A stretch of DNA of 64,000 nucleotides, taken from NCBI GenBank assembly GCA_051362555.1, contig CM120643.1, positions 19,534,848 to 19,598,847 of the forward strand. Reading direction: 5' to 3'. A model generated the notes under the pieces. It was not told the origin of the DNA, made no database searches, and saw only the letters and a list, made by a program, of their open reading frames with translations. The DNA is from Lingula anatina. Its lineage: Eukaryota > Animalia > Brachiopoda. Positions within the stretch are counted from its first letter, which is position 1. Every line of letters starts with the position of its first letter. Made by a program: the position numbers and the translations under genes. Shown here in pieces: positions 1-13,300 of this stretch.

Positions 1-530
1 CCGTGCAGCTGCCTTATCAGATGCCGTTTGCAGCGATCTCGGTTTCTGCTTATTGCCGCGTTTTGTTCAATATCTTGCATGTGGATGTATCCGAGTCGTG
101 AATCTGAAATGTAAGCCAAAACCACCGTTGGCGGCTGTCATTGAACTTTGTTATATAAGTTAAAGAAAAAAAGAACTCGTTGCAAAGGAAGGTGTCGAAC
201 TGGCAGTGTTGATGCCTGACCACTAAGGGCCAAGGTAAAGACTGATGACTAAAATGACGACACGATCCACCCATTATTTCTGCGCCCACACAATTGTGCG
301 ATGTTTCCGCCTCTCCAAACATGAATACTGTTGAAAACCCACACCAGCAACAATCGAGTTTGTAGCCGAATAGAATCACCTATTTTTGAACGTGCCTAGC
401 TGTTCTTTCCGTCGGAGCAGACATTCTAAGAATCACGCGGTGCCATTTGGCATCTTAGCTGATTCCTTTTAAACCGTCTCTAAGACGAAATTTAACAACA
501 CATTTTTTAGCCAAGGATCTTGGGAGAAAA

Positions 531-1515
531 ATGACCTCTCCAATCAACCTCGGCACTGCTCAAGTCGATTTAGTCAAGGATCCGCGCACCGGGTTCGGCG
601 CCATAGTTCGCTCCACCAGCCAGAAGCCCGGCCTAGAGGTGAGCGGCCTCCTCAAGGGAGGGGCTGCCGACAACAGCGGAAAGGTCCAGCTGGGGGACAC
701 CATCACGTCCATACAGGGGGTCGATATCACACACCTACAGTACTCCGCCGCCGTGGACGTTCTTCAGAAGTTCCCCATTAACAAACCGCTGCGGCTGACA
801 ATGAATAAATATGCCGGGCTGGGTTCTGAAGAAGAACCGAAAGCCGTTGCGATCCGAACACCCATCGGGCAGCATTCCCCATTGAGACGCTTGTCAGCCG
901 GCGTCAATATGAGGAGCCCCTCTCATTTGGCCATTAGGCGGGATTTAAGTATTCAAGTTCTCCCGGATCAAGAGAACAGGCAGCAGAGAGACAGTGACTC
1001 AGTAACTCCAGATTTCGAGGTGGGCGCAGCCAAAGAGAGAGGGACCTTTTTACAGAGGTTTTCTGTCTTGGAATCGTTTCGGAAAATCTCGGAGAGGGTT
1101 CAGTCGGTGGTTTTCGGCTCGTCGCGTTGCCAGAGAACCGCCCGGGCATGCGACTGCTCATTTAAGACGTGCATGAAGTCCAAGGATACCGACTCAACCA
1201 CGGGCCAGGAACTGTCTCTTGTTCAACTCGAACAGAACGGCGTTGAAAAGGGCAATCCGAAGTCGACTCACTCATCACATGGTGTTGTTCCACACACTAA
1301 CATCAACAGTGCGGTGAGCCAAAACTCGTGTAGCTCGAAACCTCGTGATACTCGACCCGAGGCGAGGCCACTCTGCACGAGGCAACCTCTAGACGCTCTG
1401 GGCACCGTCGTGGAAGAGGGACGCGGTCTTCCGCCTAACGACGCCCCTGGGAACGCTGCCGTAGCCCTGGAGAGTGAAGTCAGAATGGCTGATGAGGACG
1501 GCAGGATAAAAAACG
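531..1515 (+). CDS. NOS: NOS coding exon 1: PDZ domain plus long disordered linker
   Basis: [11 protein letters not shown]...[21 protein letters not shown]...QYSAAVDVL is a PDZ fold; donor G|GTAAGT at 1516 (phase 1); possible acceptor TTTTTTAG at 503-510 suggests an upstream non-coding exon. Confidence 0.88.
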
Positions 1516-4500
1516 GTAAGTGAATTCTCAGGTACCTGTTCCGTCCGGGTCAACACATTTGGGACAGAGAGGAGTTAGGTGCTCCTTGTTACCTTGTTGT
1601 AGGCGGATAGTCATACATGAAATGCAGCCCAAGATAAAAAAGTATCAATGGTTTACGATGTTGTATTTTAATCTATGAGAGAGAAGGCAGTTGAATCACG
1701 GTCCAGGAGTAAGGCACCAGGTAAGGTGATGGTTTTGTAGCAATATCTGCATGGTCTATGGCATATTGCATGTCACGCATCATGATCCCATCGATTAACG
1801 AGAGAGCGATTTCCATGTCACACATTATACCACTAGTGAAAAGTCCTCGCCCGATTTCATTTGTCTTCTACCTCGTTAGTGTTTGTGAATTTGAGTGCTC
1901 TTCTTTGTTGAAATTTGCTTGTAAGGAACACCTGATGTTCTTCCGTTAACGGACGGTAATTTTAATAATTTAGAAGAGCCGCATATAACGTGACCCAGAA
2001 ATGTACTGGAGTTGTTCAACAAAATGGTCTGCGAAGTACTTCTTCAAACGCGTAATGTATTTGTCGTATTAAGATACTTGTAAAAGTAGCCATATACCAC
2101 AGACTTTTTTATTACACAAACTTTGCGTAAAAAATGGCCTATAGTAAAGTTCGTTGAAGGTGGTTAAGTTACTTTTTACTGTTTACGCTATTTGTAAAAT
2201 TATATAAGCCCGACTTTTAAAGTTTTTTTCAGCAAGAAAAACACATTGAATATTGGCATATCTACATGTTGTTTATATTATCCATTTTGACCTTATACTT
2301 GTAAATTAAAGCAGTGAATACGGAGTAGTCATCTTTGATATCCACGCGAATCCCGTTACTTGCACTCAGTAAATAGGCACTAAAAGAACTTAATGGGTAC
2401 CACAAACGGACGCGGCATAATCTCGAACACGGAAACATGGCCGCCGGTGGATTCCGGGATTTAAAAACCTGTTGTCAGATGAAAGCGTAAAGTTTGTAAA
2501 GTGATTGTCGATTTGGTTGGGCAATGTCTATCTATGCATTAGTTGTTTGATTATTGGAGCACCCGTGTTCTCTTTGTAAGTTCCGTGTTGGTTGACTGTC
2601 AGTGCGGCTTCCTGAATTGATTTTTCACAAAATATCTTAAAAATTGCTCTAACATTTATGAAAATGTTTGATTATGCAAGGCAGAATTAATTACAATTAC
2701 ATTCTGCTACAAACATGTCTATAATAACGTCGTCGCATTGTAGACGTAGAGAGAGAACTTAAGTACATTGACATCGAAATTGGACAGGCGGTAGGGTTTT
2801 TTTTAGTACACATAGGCTGTCAATGCTTCACGAATCGGATACAACACTGATTCACCAGGTTCATGGGGGGGGGGGTTGTGGGATGGGAGTCGAAAGAACC
2901 GCCCTTTTGGCCGAAAATTGTGAATGAAAATTAATTTAGGTTCTTTTTCATTTCTTATGTTGGGTAAACTAAAATGTTTGAATGGTCTACTTTTTTTTCA
3001 GAAAAAGACACCTACTTTGAAATAGCTCGCTACAGGCCCGTATACACACTAGATATAGTACCTGAACGAAACTGCTGCTTACCAAGATTAAACGTTACAA
3101 CCTATGACTAACCAAGATTATTACAGTCGAAATAACTTCATTGGAACCGATCATATTAATACTGAAAGAGAGTTTCATGTTGTTAGGATTCGTTGAACAT
3201 TTGAGCCTTAGATTTGATCAAGTAAGCAGGGAAGAAGCACGAAACGGGAACCAATCAAACAGAATTATGCAAAATTTAATTTTCTATCAGTATTACAAGA
3301 ATATTATGGAATTTGAACGACTCGTGAATCCGGTTGCTGTAACAAAAATCGCTTGCGAAAAGTAACGCAGCATAATTTTTTGTCAGAAATGAACTCCCTC
3401 GGGTAAAAAAAGTGGTCTGTCTTTATTACATTGTAGTCTCAAAAGCGCACATTGTGAGAAGATCACTTCTACCTTGCATAAATGAAACGATAGAAAAAAA
3501 GAAAAAAGCAAGCATTCCCCCAATCTCTTCCATTGTTTCGAATTTGAAGCGGAAACTGCCAACTGAGGCAGCCAAAACAATTCCCCCGAGTGAGCACAAA
3601 AGCTCAAGTGATCACCCGGTTGAAATTAACCTCATTTCTAACAACAATCTCGACATTCCAAACATTAGTATTTGTTTCGTAAAAAAAGGCTTTACCAGAA
3701 TGTTTGTTTCCAAAAAAAAAAAAAAAAAAAAAAAAAACTGCACACTGGTAAAATAAATAGTTCGGAAATATAAAATGAACAGCCACCAAATTGAGTACCA
3801 TAATTTGAACAAATCAATGCATTTACAAATAAGTTTTCGATCGATTAATTGACTAAATGGTTAGTGAGATTAAAAGTTAATTCAAGTGGTAAAGATTAGT
3901 TTTATGAAAATTGGAGATGCCTTATCAATTAACCATGAATGCCACACCCTAGTGGGCAGTGATGGGAGAGAGCGACCCAAGGTAATTATCGGGGGACGGT
4001 TTTGGGCGCCACGCCGAGTAAGATGAGTTTAGGCAGTCCATCATTTCTTCCGGGAAAGCCCTGGAACCAGGTCTTACATTAGATTGTGTTTGTCTCTAGG
4101 TATATCAGAAATTCCTAGTGCTCCATTTGGTCCCCGAGAGCGATACTCATACAATTAGCCGTGAGTTTTAGTGTCATGTCTTATTAGCGTTCTGATTATT
4201 TCTTTTTTGTCGTTAAATGACAAAAAAGTATTCGCTAACGTATAAGGTGTAATACGTGTAATATTCTCCAGTTTCAGAAAATCCTTGGAACGTTGCAAGG
4301 CCATCAAGTGTATGCAATTGTAGGCATAACTGTTAAATACCCTAATTTCTATGTGCATCTCTTTACAAATATTGATCTTCGTATCATAAGATAATAATCT
4401 TAGCTTACCTTCCGACTTCGGCTATAACTGGTCTATACTATCCCTTCCCTCTATCTGCTTTACTGCCTTTCCATCTTCCTTAAAGAGACAAGAAAAACAA

Positions 4501-7500
4501 AACAAAACAAAAAAAATAAATAAATAAAAAAAATAAATAAATTTAAAAAAAAACCGATCTGTTTTCTTTTAAATAGTCAAATCTCTTTGTAGCAAGGCAC
4601 GTCTCGTTGAAAGAGCAATTGTACAGACTTATACTATATTTTGTACCCAAATTCGACTTAAGGACTTCACATTCCACTCTTCTCACTCCAGACTTTATTC
4701 AGAACCGACTTATATCCAAAACCTATTGGTTTGTCGATGATTTTGGTACGTTTTCGTTGACCATAATGCACTTCCTCGGTAAGGAAGTAGAGGTCCTCCG
4801 GATTTCAATCCGGTAATAGTAAATCCGGCCATCCCTCTTTATAAAAACAGAGGTAACTAGTTAGTGATCAATATGTTGATATAGGGTATGAAAACAATAG
4901 CGGGTTTTTCTAACCATCCTGTTTGCAATCGCCACCTTGTCTTGCCTGAGGCTCTCACGTACAAGATGACTGCCATCATTAACAAAATGCTTTATTTTTG
5001 GAATTGCATACATACATAACATACATTATTGTGCCCGATGCAGGATTCATTATGCGGTCAAATTTAAAATGCGCAGAAGATTTTTGAGAAATTAGATTTT
5101 AATGTTTGTACACGTTGTATATTACCGATGTATACAAGGTTACAAGACAAATCTCTACATATGGTGACACGACTTGGGTATCTCATTTCATAAAAAAAGG
5201 TTACTTTCCAACAGGCATAGGGCGTTTCTATCTATCTATCTATCTATTGAATCTATCTTACTCTGTCCTTTTACTTAAGATAAGCCAACGAATATTGTTT
5301 ATCACCATTCATTTAACTAAATGATCAAACACTGACAAACCAAAATATTTTCAGTTACGGTATATTATACATGTTCTACTTTTTTCTCAAATATATACTT
5401 TGATCACTATGGTGTTATAAAATGAACGCGCGCGCTGACCAACCTCTTCCGGTCATTTATGAAACGTGCCTTGGCTACCTAGTACTTTCTAAATTAAGCA
5501 TATCTTCAAATATAGATTTTAGACTTGATATTCATTACGACACAAACGAAAAGGCAAAAGTAAAAGTGACAAAAGCACTTCAAGTTGCAGTAGCAAAATG
5601 CCTAACAATCGACACGCAAATTGAACAGATATAACCTTTCGCAGCGGCGACTCTCCTGTTTTGTTATATTTTTTTCTTCAGGCCGCTATGGCATAACTCC
5701 CGGTCGCTTTTTCTAATTGTTGTAATTCCACTTTTGGTCCTTGGTAACAATAATTTATATTGCAGAATACAAACAAACTATAATTGTGTATTTAGCATGG
5801 CTGACATTTTGACAAAGAGTTGCTTTGTCTTAATAATGTGTCAGGGACGTGCGATTTCTAAGGTTTTCTATCGCGTGCTAGGCTAGAATGCTACCGCAGA
5901 CTGAATAAAAGACAATTCAAATACTGTGTATTCTACAAGATGAACAACAATGCAGAAATAAAGAACAAAGAAAGAGCAGCAACAATATCCTTTTCATTGA
6001 GCTGAGAACATGACTTCGTTGTATAAGGTAATGTTTCACCAGTGGCTCCTTGTAAAACCAAGTAGGAATGGGGTTATTTGCACTTAGTTCGTGAAAAAAT
6101 AAGTAGGGACGATTACACTAGTACAGGATAGCTACACTTTGGCGAGAAGCCAGAATGCCGTTGGCGTACTTGAGAAACTATAAAAAACTAGGTAAAGTTG
6201 ATTTTCTCTACACACTCCCCTCCCCACCCCACCCCCACCCCCACCCACCGTTTGTGGACGTGATTTCTAGAAAACTGCTCGAATGTTGCCCATTTGCTTT
6301 GACAAAAGCAAAGTTTGAGATATTGACAGTAGTGTACAGAGTAGTGTTACATCTATAATTATCACTATTCTTTTGAGCCCCACGGGGATTTTACATAAAA
6401 TATTGACCTAAATATTCTGTGCGTCAGTGGTAGATCGTGCGTTACAAGTATTTAGATCTAATAGAGCTGTTGTGGGTGAATTTTGATGTATGAATATTGG
6501 CGTTTGGTGCTGTTTCTCTATCAAAACAATATGCAGTAGAAACAGTTTCGACATACTTTACTTTTTTTGAAACTTTTTTTCGTTAAAATGTTTTAATTGT
6601 TTTCCAGACGCCTTACAAGTGCATATATGTCTTAAAGCACTATGTTTGAACAAAAATGTGTTACACCCAGCAAAAAAGGATTTTTGTAGAAGTTCTCTCG
6701 ACTCGTTTGAAAATCCATACAGTCGTATTCATGTTCTGTATAGCTTGTTACATTTCCCAATTCAGACTCTTAAGACAATAATATCTTAAGAGATTATCGA
6801 AAGCGTACCTCGTGCCGTTCTAATCACACAGCGCCGCGATACAAAATCAATCCGCCATTTTCTTGAGTGAAAACGAAACAATAGGGTCGAGCGCAGACGT
6901 CGTTACTTTGACTGGCCAGTCATTATATATACACTAAAGTATTAAATTAAAAATGGAATAAAACATTGAATCCCAAGTGCAAGTACTGGTGAGGAAATAT
7001 TTCGCGAGTAAGAGAAAATTTTTTCTTTACCCCGGAAAAATTAATGTATGAGGGACAATTCAATGGAATGGCCCTTTAAAGAATGCGACCGACTCTAAAT
7101 TGGAATCAGAATTTATGAGCCTATATTTTAGAGCAAAATTACTTTAGGTATTAGTTTGGTAAGAGGGTGGAATTTATAATCGAGGAAAATTTTAATGCTG
7201 TATTTTTTTTCTTTACAAATCGCCTGTGCAGTTGATTTTGAAGATAAAATATTAAAAACACTGATGGACGATTGTATTTAGTTGTTTTAGAATTAAAATT
7301 AAAATGCTCGTTAAACATCATATGTTTAAAAACAAAAATAAATCAACAACAGACCCCGTTTACAGCGTCGCCCCTCTTTAACCAACAATCAATTCATTTG
7401 GCCTTCTCCTTACCACTTCTCCTAAGTCCACTCTTAAAATCGATTTTGAGGGCACTTCAGGTAAAAAAAAGCAGGTATGTTGCCATTAGCCCTGTCAGGA

Positions 7501-7774
7501 CGCTGAAATTAATCAAATTCTCCAACAAAAGCTTAATGAACCCCTGTTAAAGTGATTAAGACCATCGGTTGTTACCTCTGTAGATCACTTTATCTTGCCA
7601 AATGGACACAGATATATCCAAGTTTTGACACAATGAATGCTTTTTGATCCTCACGAGATGCCCAAACACCCTGGTGTTGATTGGAGTCAAACCATAGGGG
7701 GCGCTGATGCACTGGCCACTTTAATTAAGTTTCTATCCATGCATGATAATGTGAAAATGATCACCTCTGAACAC

Positions 7775-7830
<56 letters not shown>

Positions 7831-10346
7831 GTGTGTCTGTTAGCAATGTTTAAACCACATTATTTTTCTACGCTTAAGAGTAAAGTTTTTCCCTGTAAAG
7901 CGTTGAACAAACCGCCGAGCTTGGGATATTTTACATTTGATTTCAAACGGAACATTTCTCAACTTATTGGTCAGTTGCTGGTCTATGTTTCCTTCCTCGA
8001 AAAAAGTCCAAAAATGGCCGTCAGTTCTCAAAGCGTGTTGTTGGACTAGAATCAGATGAAACGTGAACCGTTCACAATTAGCGACATGTTCATTTACATA
8101 TATTTGGTAATAGCATAATTTTCAGTCACGTATAATTTTTGTCGGATATTATTTGAAGGGGTGTTCTTTATGGCGGGGAAATGGTACAGCACAGAGCAGT
8201 TTATGGAGGGAATTTATAGAATACGAAGCAATTTACATGATCTTACTACCAATGACATGCAACTTAAAGAGACTAAACATGTTTCACCGGTTAGGCAAGA
8301 CATTTCGAGCCTTCATCAAAGGACCTTGACTTACTCGATGTGGCCTCCGGTAGTAAGGATGTCATCGTAGATTTTTTTGTATTTCATTTCATTCTCTTTT
8401 AATTTTTCATTCTATTTTAATTGGGGGGGGGGGGGGGGAGGTAAGTGCAGGCATGGGGACTTGGTTTTAAGGCGGCTCCTCTGCCTTCCTTCTGTACCAA
8501 GGTTCCTCTTTGTCGACCAACAGACTAGCCCCTGAGACCTGTGTTCATTAATGGTATTAGATTTCACTGTATTTACTTATTCATTTCATTATTTTCAACT
8601 AATAGATACAACGGAATTACATGCAGCTATATCAATTACCGTGTACTGTAAAAGTGATTTGCAAGTTGCTCACTGTATACACACTTTCTTTGACATCGAT
8701 CGGAATTGCGTAAATTACACACATTCACCGTCGATCTCACCTTTTTTTTTATTTCGGGTTATTTTTAAAACCCATTTTACCATTTTTCTTTTGGCTTGTA
8801 AGATCTGAAAAGATCTGTAAGGTCTGAAAAGCACTAGAGGTGGGGATAAAGTTAATGAACTGCGATGAACCGACATTCCATGCCAAATGAGTAATTTATC
8901 ACAACTACCGCAAAGTTATCCTATAAAGAATAGTGGTTGGATAAAGTATGGGCCACCTAGGCCCCCTTTGTTTCGATGTGTCACGCCTGACGTAGTGACA
9001 CTGATGAACCGATGTCTTATTAGAATAACCTGCCCAGGTACACGGAAGTGGCAGCACTTTGTACAGGTAGGTGAACGCGAAAAGACAGACGGAAGGGGTC
9101 TTTACAGCAAAGATGTTAACTTTTTGGTAGAAACAGGAGAATATATAAACCATGTTGGAAAATGAGAATGCGATCTTTTGTCACCTTTAGGCGACAGATA
9201 TTGAAAGTAGATTTATATACATTAAAATATACATTTATGTATATAAATTTTAATGTATATTTATATGAGAGGTGCACAGGTTACCATGGACACGAAAGGC
9301 GTTTAACATATATGCGCATTAAACTCATTAAACTAAGATAGATTGGTCCTAGCATGTACGGAGTTCGGGAACTTGGATTGAATGTTCTCAGTCCGTCAGT
9401 AAGAAAACAAACTAAATGCATACATGCTAAACTTTGACAAAGATAAATAAACCACCTTCTCATTCTCGCTTAAATCAAGTCATTGTCGATGACTACAAAA
9501 ATGTGAAAAAAGTAGGGTATTAATATATCTTTCTTTACGCAGGCCACTCTAGGAAGATGTCCAACTCGAGTGAGGTGAATGGTCACGCGGGCTCATGTCC
9601 AGTTATCCGACCACCAGTTCCGGTCACTTTGCTCAATATCGCCACAGGGGTGAGCACAGAGGACACGCTGCACCAGCAGGCAGTGCAGGTAAGTTAGGTA
9701 ACAAAGGAGGAAGAATTCGGTGTTGTAAATTAGATATACGTTTCCCTTTTAACTTAGAGACCATTCCCACAGATATTTGGATCGATCTATCTCCATGGGG
9801 AGTCTCAATAAATTGCTGTCAACTTGGCCGGCATAAATGTCTGTCACGCCTAGTAAAGCTGTAAGGGGGTAATTATCTCTACCCCTAGCTGATTTGGTAG
9901 GCGTGACAGATATTGAAGCCGGTTAGTTGATAGTGAGACTCCCCCAAGGAGTTAGATCGATCCAGATGGATCGATCTTAGTATGGGAACCCAGTCCTAGT
10001 AATATCAGTTTCGGAGGACACAGCATGAGTGATAGCGGAACCTACCGGATGACTCCATTCCTAAGCCCCTGTTTCAACTGGCTTGCAAGTTGTAAGAATG
10101 TACATGTATTTTCGTCCACTTTCACACTGGTGAGAGATTAATGAAGCAACTGGATGTGGTGGTTCAAACTTAGAGCAACATCATGCACGGGGAAGCCACA
10201 TAAATGACCTCAGCAGCTCATTAGGGACTAAAGGCGTCAAACAAAGATGCAAAACACTTGAAAATTAGTCTCTAAATTGCCCGGCACTCCCAGGGCTGTT
10301 TACAAACACGGAACGTGCTGTATCATTTATGTAAAAGTAAAGATAC

Positions 10347-10379
<33 letters not shown>

Positions 10380-13300
10380 AAGAAAGAAAGAAAGAAAAAT
10401 CGTCAACCATCGAAATCACCGACTGCAAAGTGGACAAATATTGTTTACGTTTACCAGTTAATTCTTTCAATGACTCATTCGGTGAAGTTATTTCCAGATA
10501 TCACCTTTTTACCTCAAATTGCTCAGGTACTTTGAAGATTGCCTCATTTACTAATATTATTTCGAGCTAATACCTTCTGGTAACATTTTATACATGAAAG
10601 GGATGTTATGAACCAGAGATTCTATAAAGCATAACGACCATTTGACCATTTGACTTGACTTGGTGACTTTCAAACATTTTACGCCCGTTCAATATCTTTG
10701 TATTTCTCTGAAGAGTGCGTGTCAATAATTGCATTCCAGATGTTTCAGAATTGTATTGACATTGTTTTGACAATAATATATTTACACTGACGAGTTAGTT
10801 AAGACTATGTCGTTTGGGGTCGCACGGTGAGCTATCAGGCGCTTGAAGAAAGTCAGTTTGATTAAATAGGAGAGGGGTAGAATAAACAACCAATGAACGC
10901 TCTGATGCAGTCGGGTATTTGTCACAGTCGTTCACAAAGATGGGTTAAAAATGGCTCCTCTTCACCGTGGATGTTGCGTAAACTTATACTGCCCTCCTGG
11001 TGGAGTTCTTTCTGTTTGGTTGCACCAATTGAAACTTCAGTTCAAGATTATCTGTCGTTCTTGTTTTACAGTTTTCTTACTTTAAAGATAGGTGAATCAG
11101 ACATATTTGACAAGACTTATGATTCTGGAAAAATTTAGGGGTGTGACTTTTTCGGATAAGATCACTTGCCTTACACGTAAATGACTCCACCGGTGGTCTT
11201 GTTGCAAACCATCATGCTTCTGCAACGAAATAAATTATTCTTTTGATATTCCACGTGTATGTTAATACCTACATTAATGAAAGCCGGTCTAGTTTCTAAG
11301 CTGGTTCAGCATCTCTTCGTGACAAGGGCTTTCATAAAAATGTCAAAGGTTTGTAGTAGAAAGATTTGTGAATTAATCTTCTTATCGTCCTCCGCTTTGT
11401 TCGACTTTTGTGGTCTGCATGTTTTTTTGCAGTTGCCATGAACTTTTGAACAGTATGTGCTGTATTGTATATAGCCCTGGATAGCTGATACCCGGGTTAC
11501 CTAGCTTGTACGCTTTACCAGATACCAGCTTGACAAAGACGTCCTTTCTGAAATCATGTACATGTTCAAAAATGTGCACAGGATTATTCAGAATGATGTA
11601 TCGAGTGGCAACATTCTCTCGGTGGCCTCTGAAGAGGATAGTATGGTGACACTTGATTGCTCCAGCATTTCCGCGGATGGATTTATTGTCTCGCCGATTT
11701 TTTCACCAATCTTATCCCGGCTAAATAGGGTCACATTCTCCATGTACGGTTTATAGGCGGGAATAAAGCATTGGAATGAAAAAAATCTGTACTGTAATGT
11801 TTATCTATTCACCTGAATGTTACGGCCCAGTGGTACAAGGTAATGACAAAGGATGTAGACAACTGCTGAACTTCTCATTTTACTTTTAATAGAGCTTTAG
11901 GTATTTTATTGAAAAAAAGGTGTTGCTTGAATTTTGAGCATCGGTGTATATGCATGTTTATACATTATCTCAACTGTTTTCTTAATGATCTTCGTTTATT
12001 TATATGTTCTGTAAAGTTTGAAATGCTCAGTCATTCTGCTCTGTCATGTACAAGGAGAAGATAAATGCGAGACGGGGATGATTCAAAAGACATAGGTTTA
12101 GGAAAACTTGCTGTGCAACAGAAAATACCGACTTTACATTTTGGTATTAAATAAAATTGATGTGAAAAATTGCTTATCTTTTACACCAAGTATGGTACTT
12201 GATGTGAGCAAATGGCCTCAAGCAGACTTATGCTGTGCAGGGAATTTTTTAATTTCTAAATGCCAATTAGCACGTCCGCTATATTCCAATTTTATGATTA
12301 ATATAAATATTCTACATATTTTATAAACATTTTAACTACAAAAACTGTAAACAGTAAGAAGGTTTTGTGATGGGGCTTAAATGAAATGTATGTCCATTGC
12401 ATAGTTGTATATACGTCTCCCTCCGCTTCTGTAGTGAGCTTTATTTCAATGTTTATTTATCCTAAATGTCTTTTTTAAAATTCATTTACAGCGCGGGGTC
12501 GACTGCTCCTCTGAAAAGTGTCATGGCTCCAGCATGTTTCCCAAGAGATCGATGCGCCTAGGCACCGAACCACGTGACCTCGCGGAAGTGAAGCGACAAG
12601 CTTCCGAGCTTGTAGACTTGTATTATGCCTCCATTAAAAGGTATATTCCTTAATTACTGAAATCAACATTGGTATAATTGTGAATGGATAAGTAAGAAAA
12701 ATTGTACCAGTATAATTGTACAATTTAACTACAGCTTTAAACTGCTACATTGACAAGCGTCAGGATGACACGTTATTGTCAGTTTATAGTATACATCGAT
12801 CGTCGGAACAATAATTCATAATATTTTTCAAAAGCTTTTTGTTTAATTCTAAATGATTGCACAACGTTCGATTCGCTCTATCTAAAATTGTTTAGAACAT
12901 GTGCTAGGTTTTGCTTCTGGTTTTCCCCTGGTATATGCTGCTTCAGAGTTTCAAAGGACAGTGGAGACTCGTTTCGTAACTTTCTTCAGATTTCCAGAAG
13001 ATTATCTAGACGCATCTTTGTAAAAGTGAGCTAGTGGTTCTCATCAACAACGCACGGTGTAATTACGCCCTTTGTCATTCTGTCAACTGCGTATTGTCAA
13101 TCACACATTTGGTCTCATATATTGAACAGAGTTAACAGACAGCTAACGTTTCCTGGTATTCAAAATAGCTTGCAATATACTCATTTTGCCTCATGGGAAA
13201 TATATTCTTTTCATATCCTGGAGGGAAGAAACCAACGGCATTTTGTATTTGAGAGGCAGACAAACAGTTTGACATATAACAACCATGGAGGGATTATTGC

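Noticed and set aside
50-379. 109-aa minus-strand ORF upstream of NOS
   Set aside because: No recognisable domain, non-ATG start; probably NOS 5' flank or UTR
4052-4061. GGGAAAGCCC as an NF-kB site in NOS intron 1
   Set aside because: Does not fit GGGRNNYYCC on either strand; a single near-match is expected by chance
10850-11760. Coding-like composition in NOS intron 2
   Set aside because: Frames are interrupted and I recognise no motif; could be a decayed element or pseudogene, which a translated search would settle
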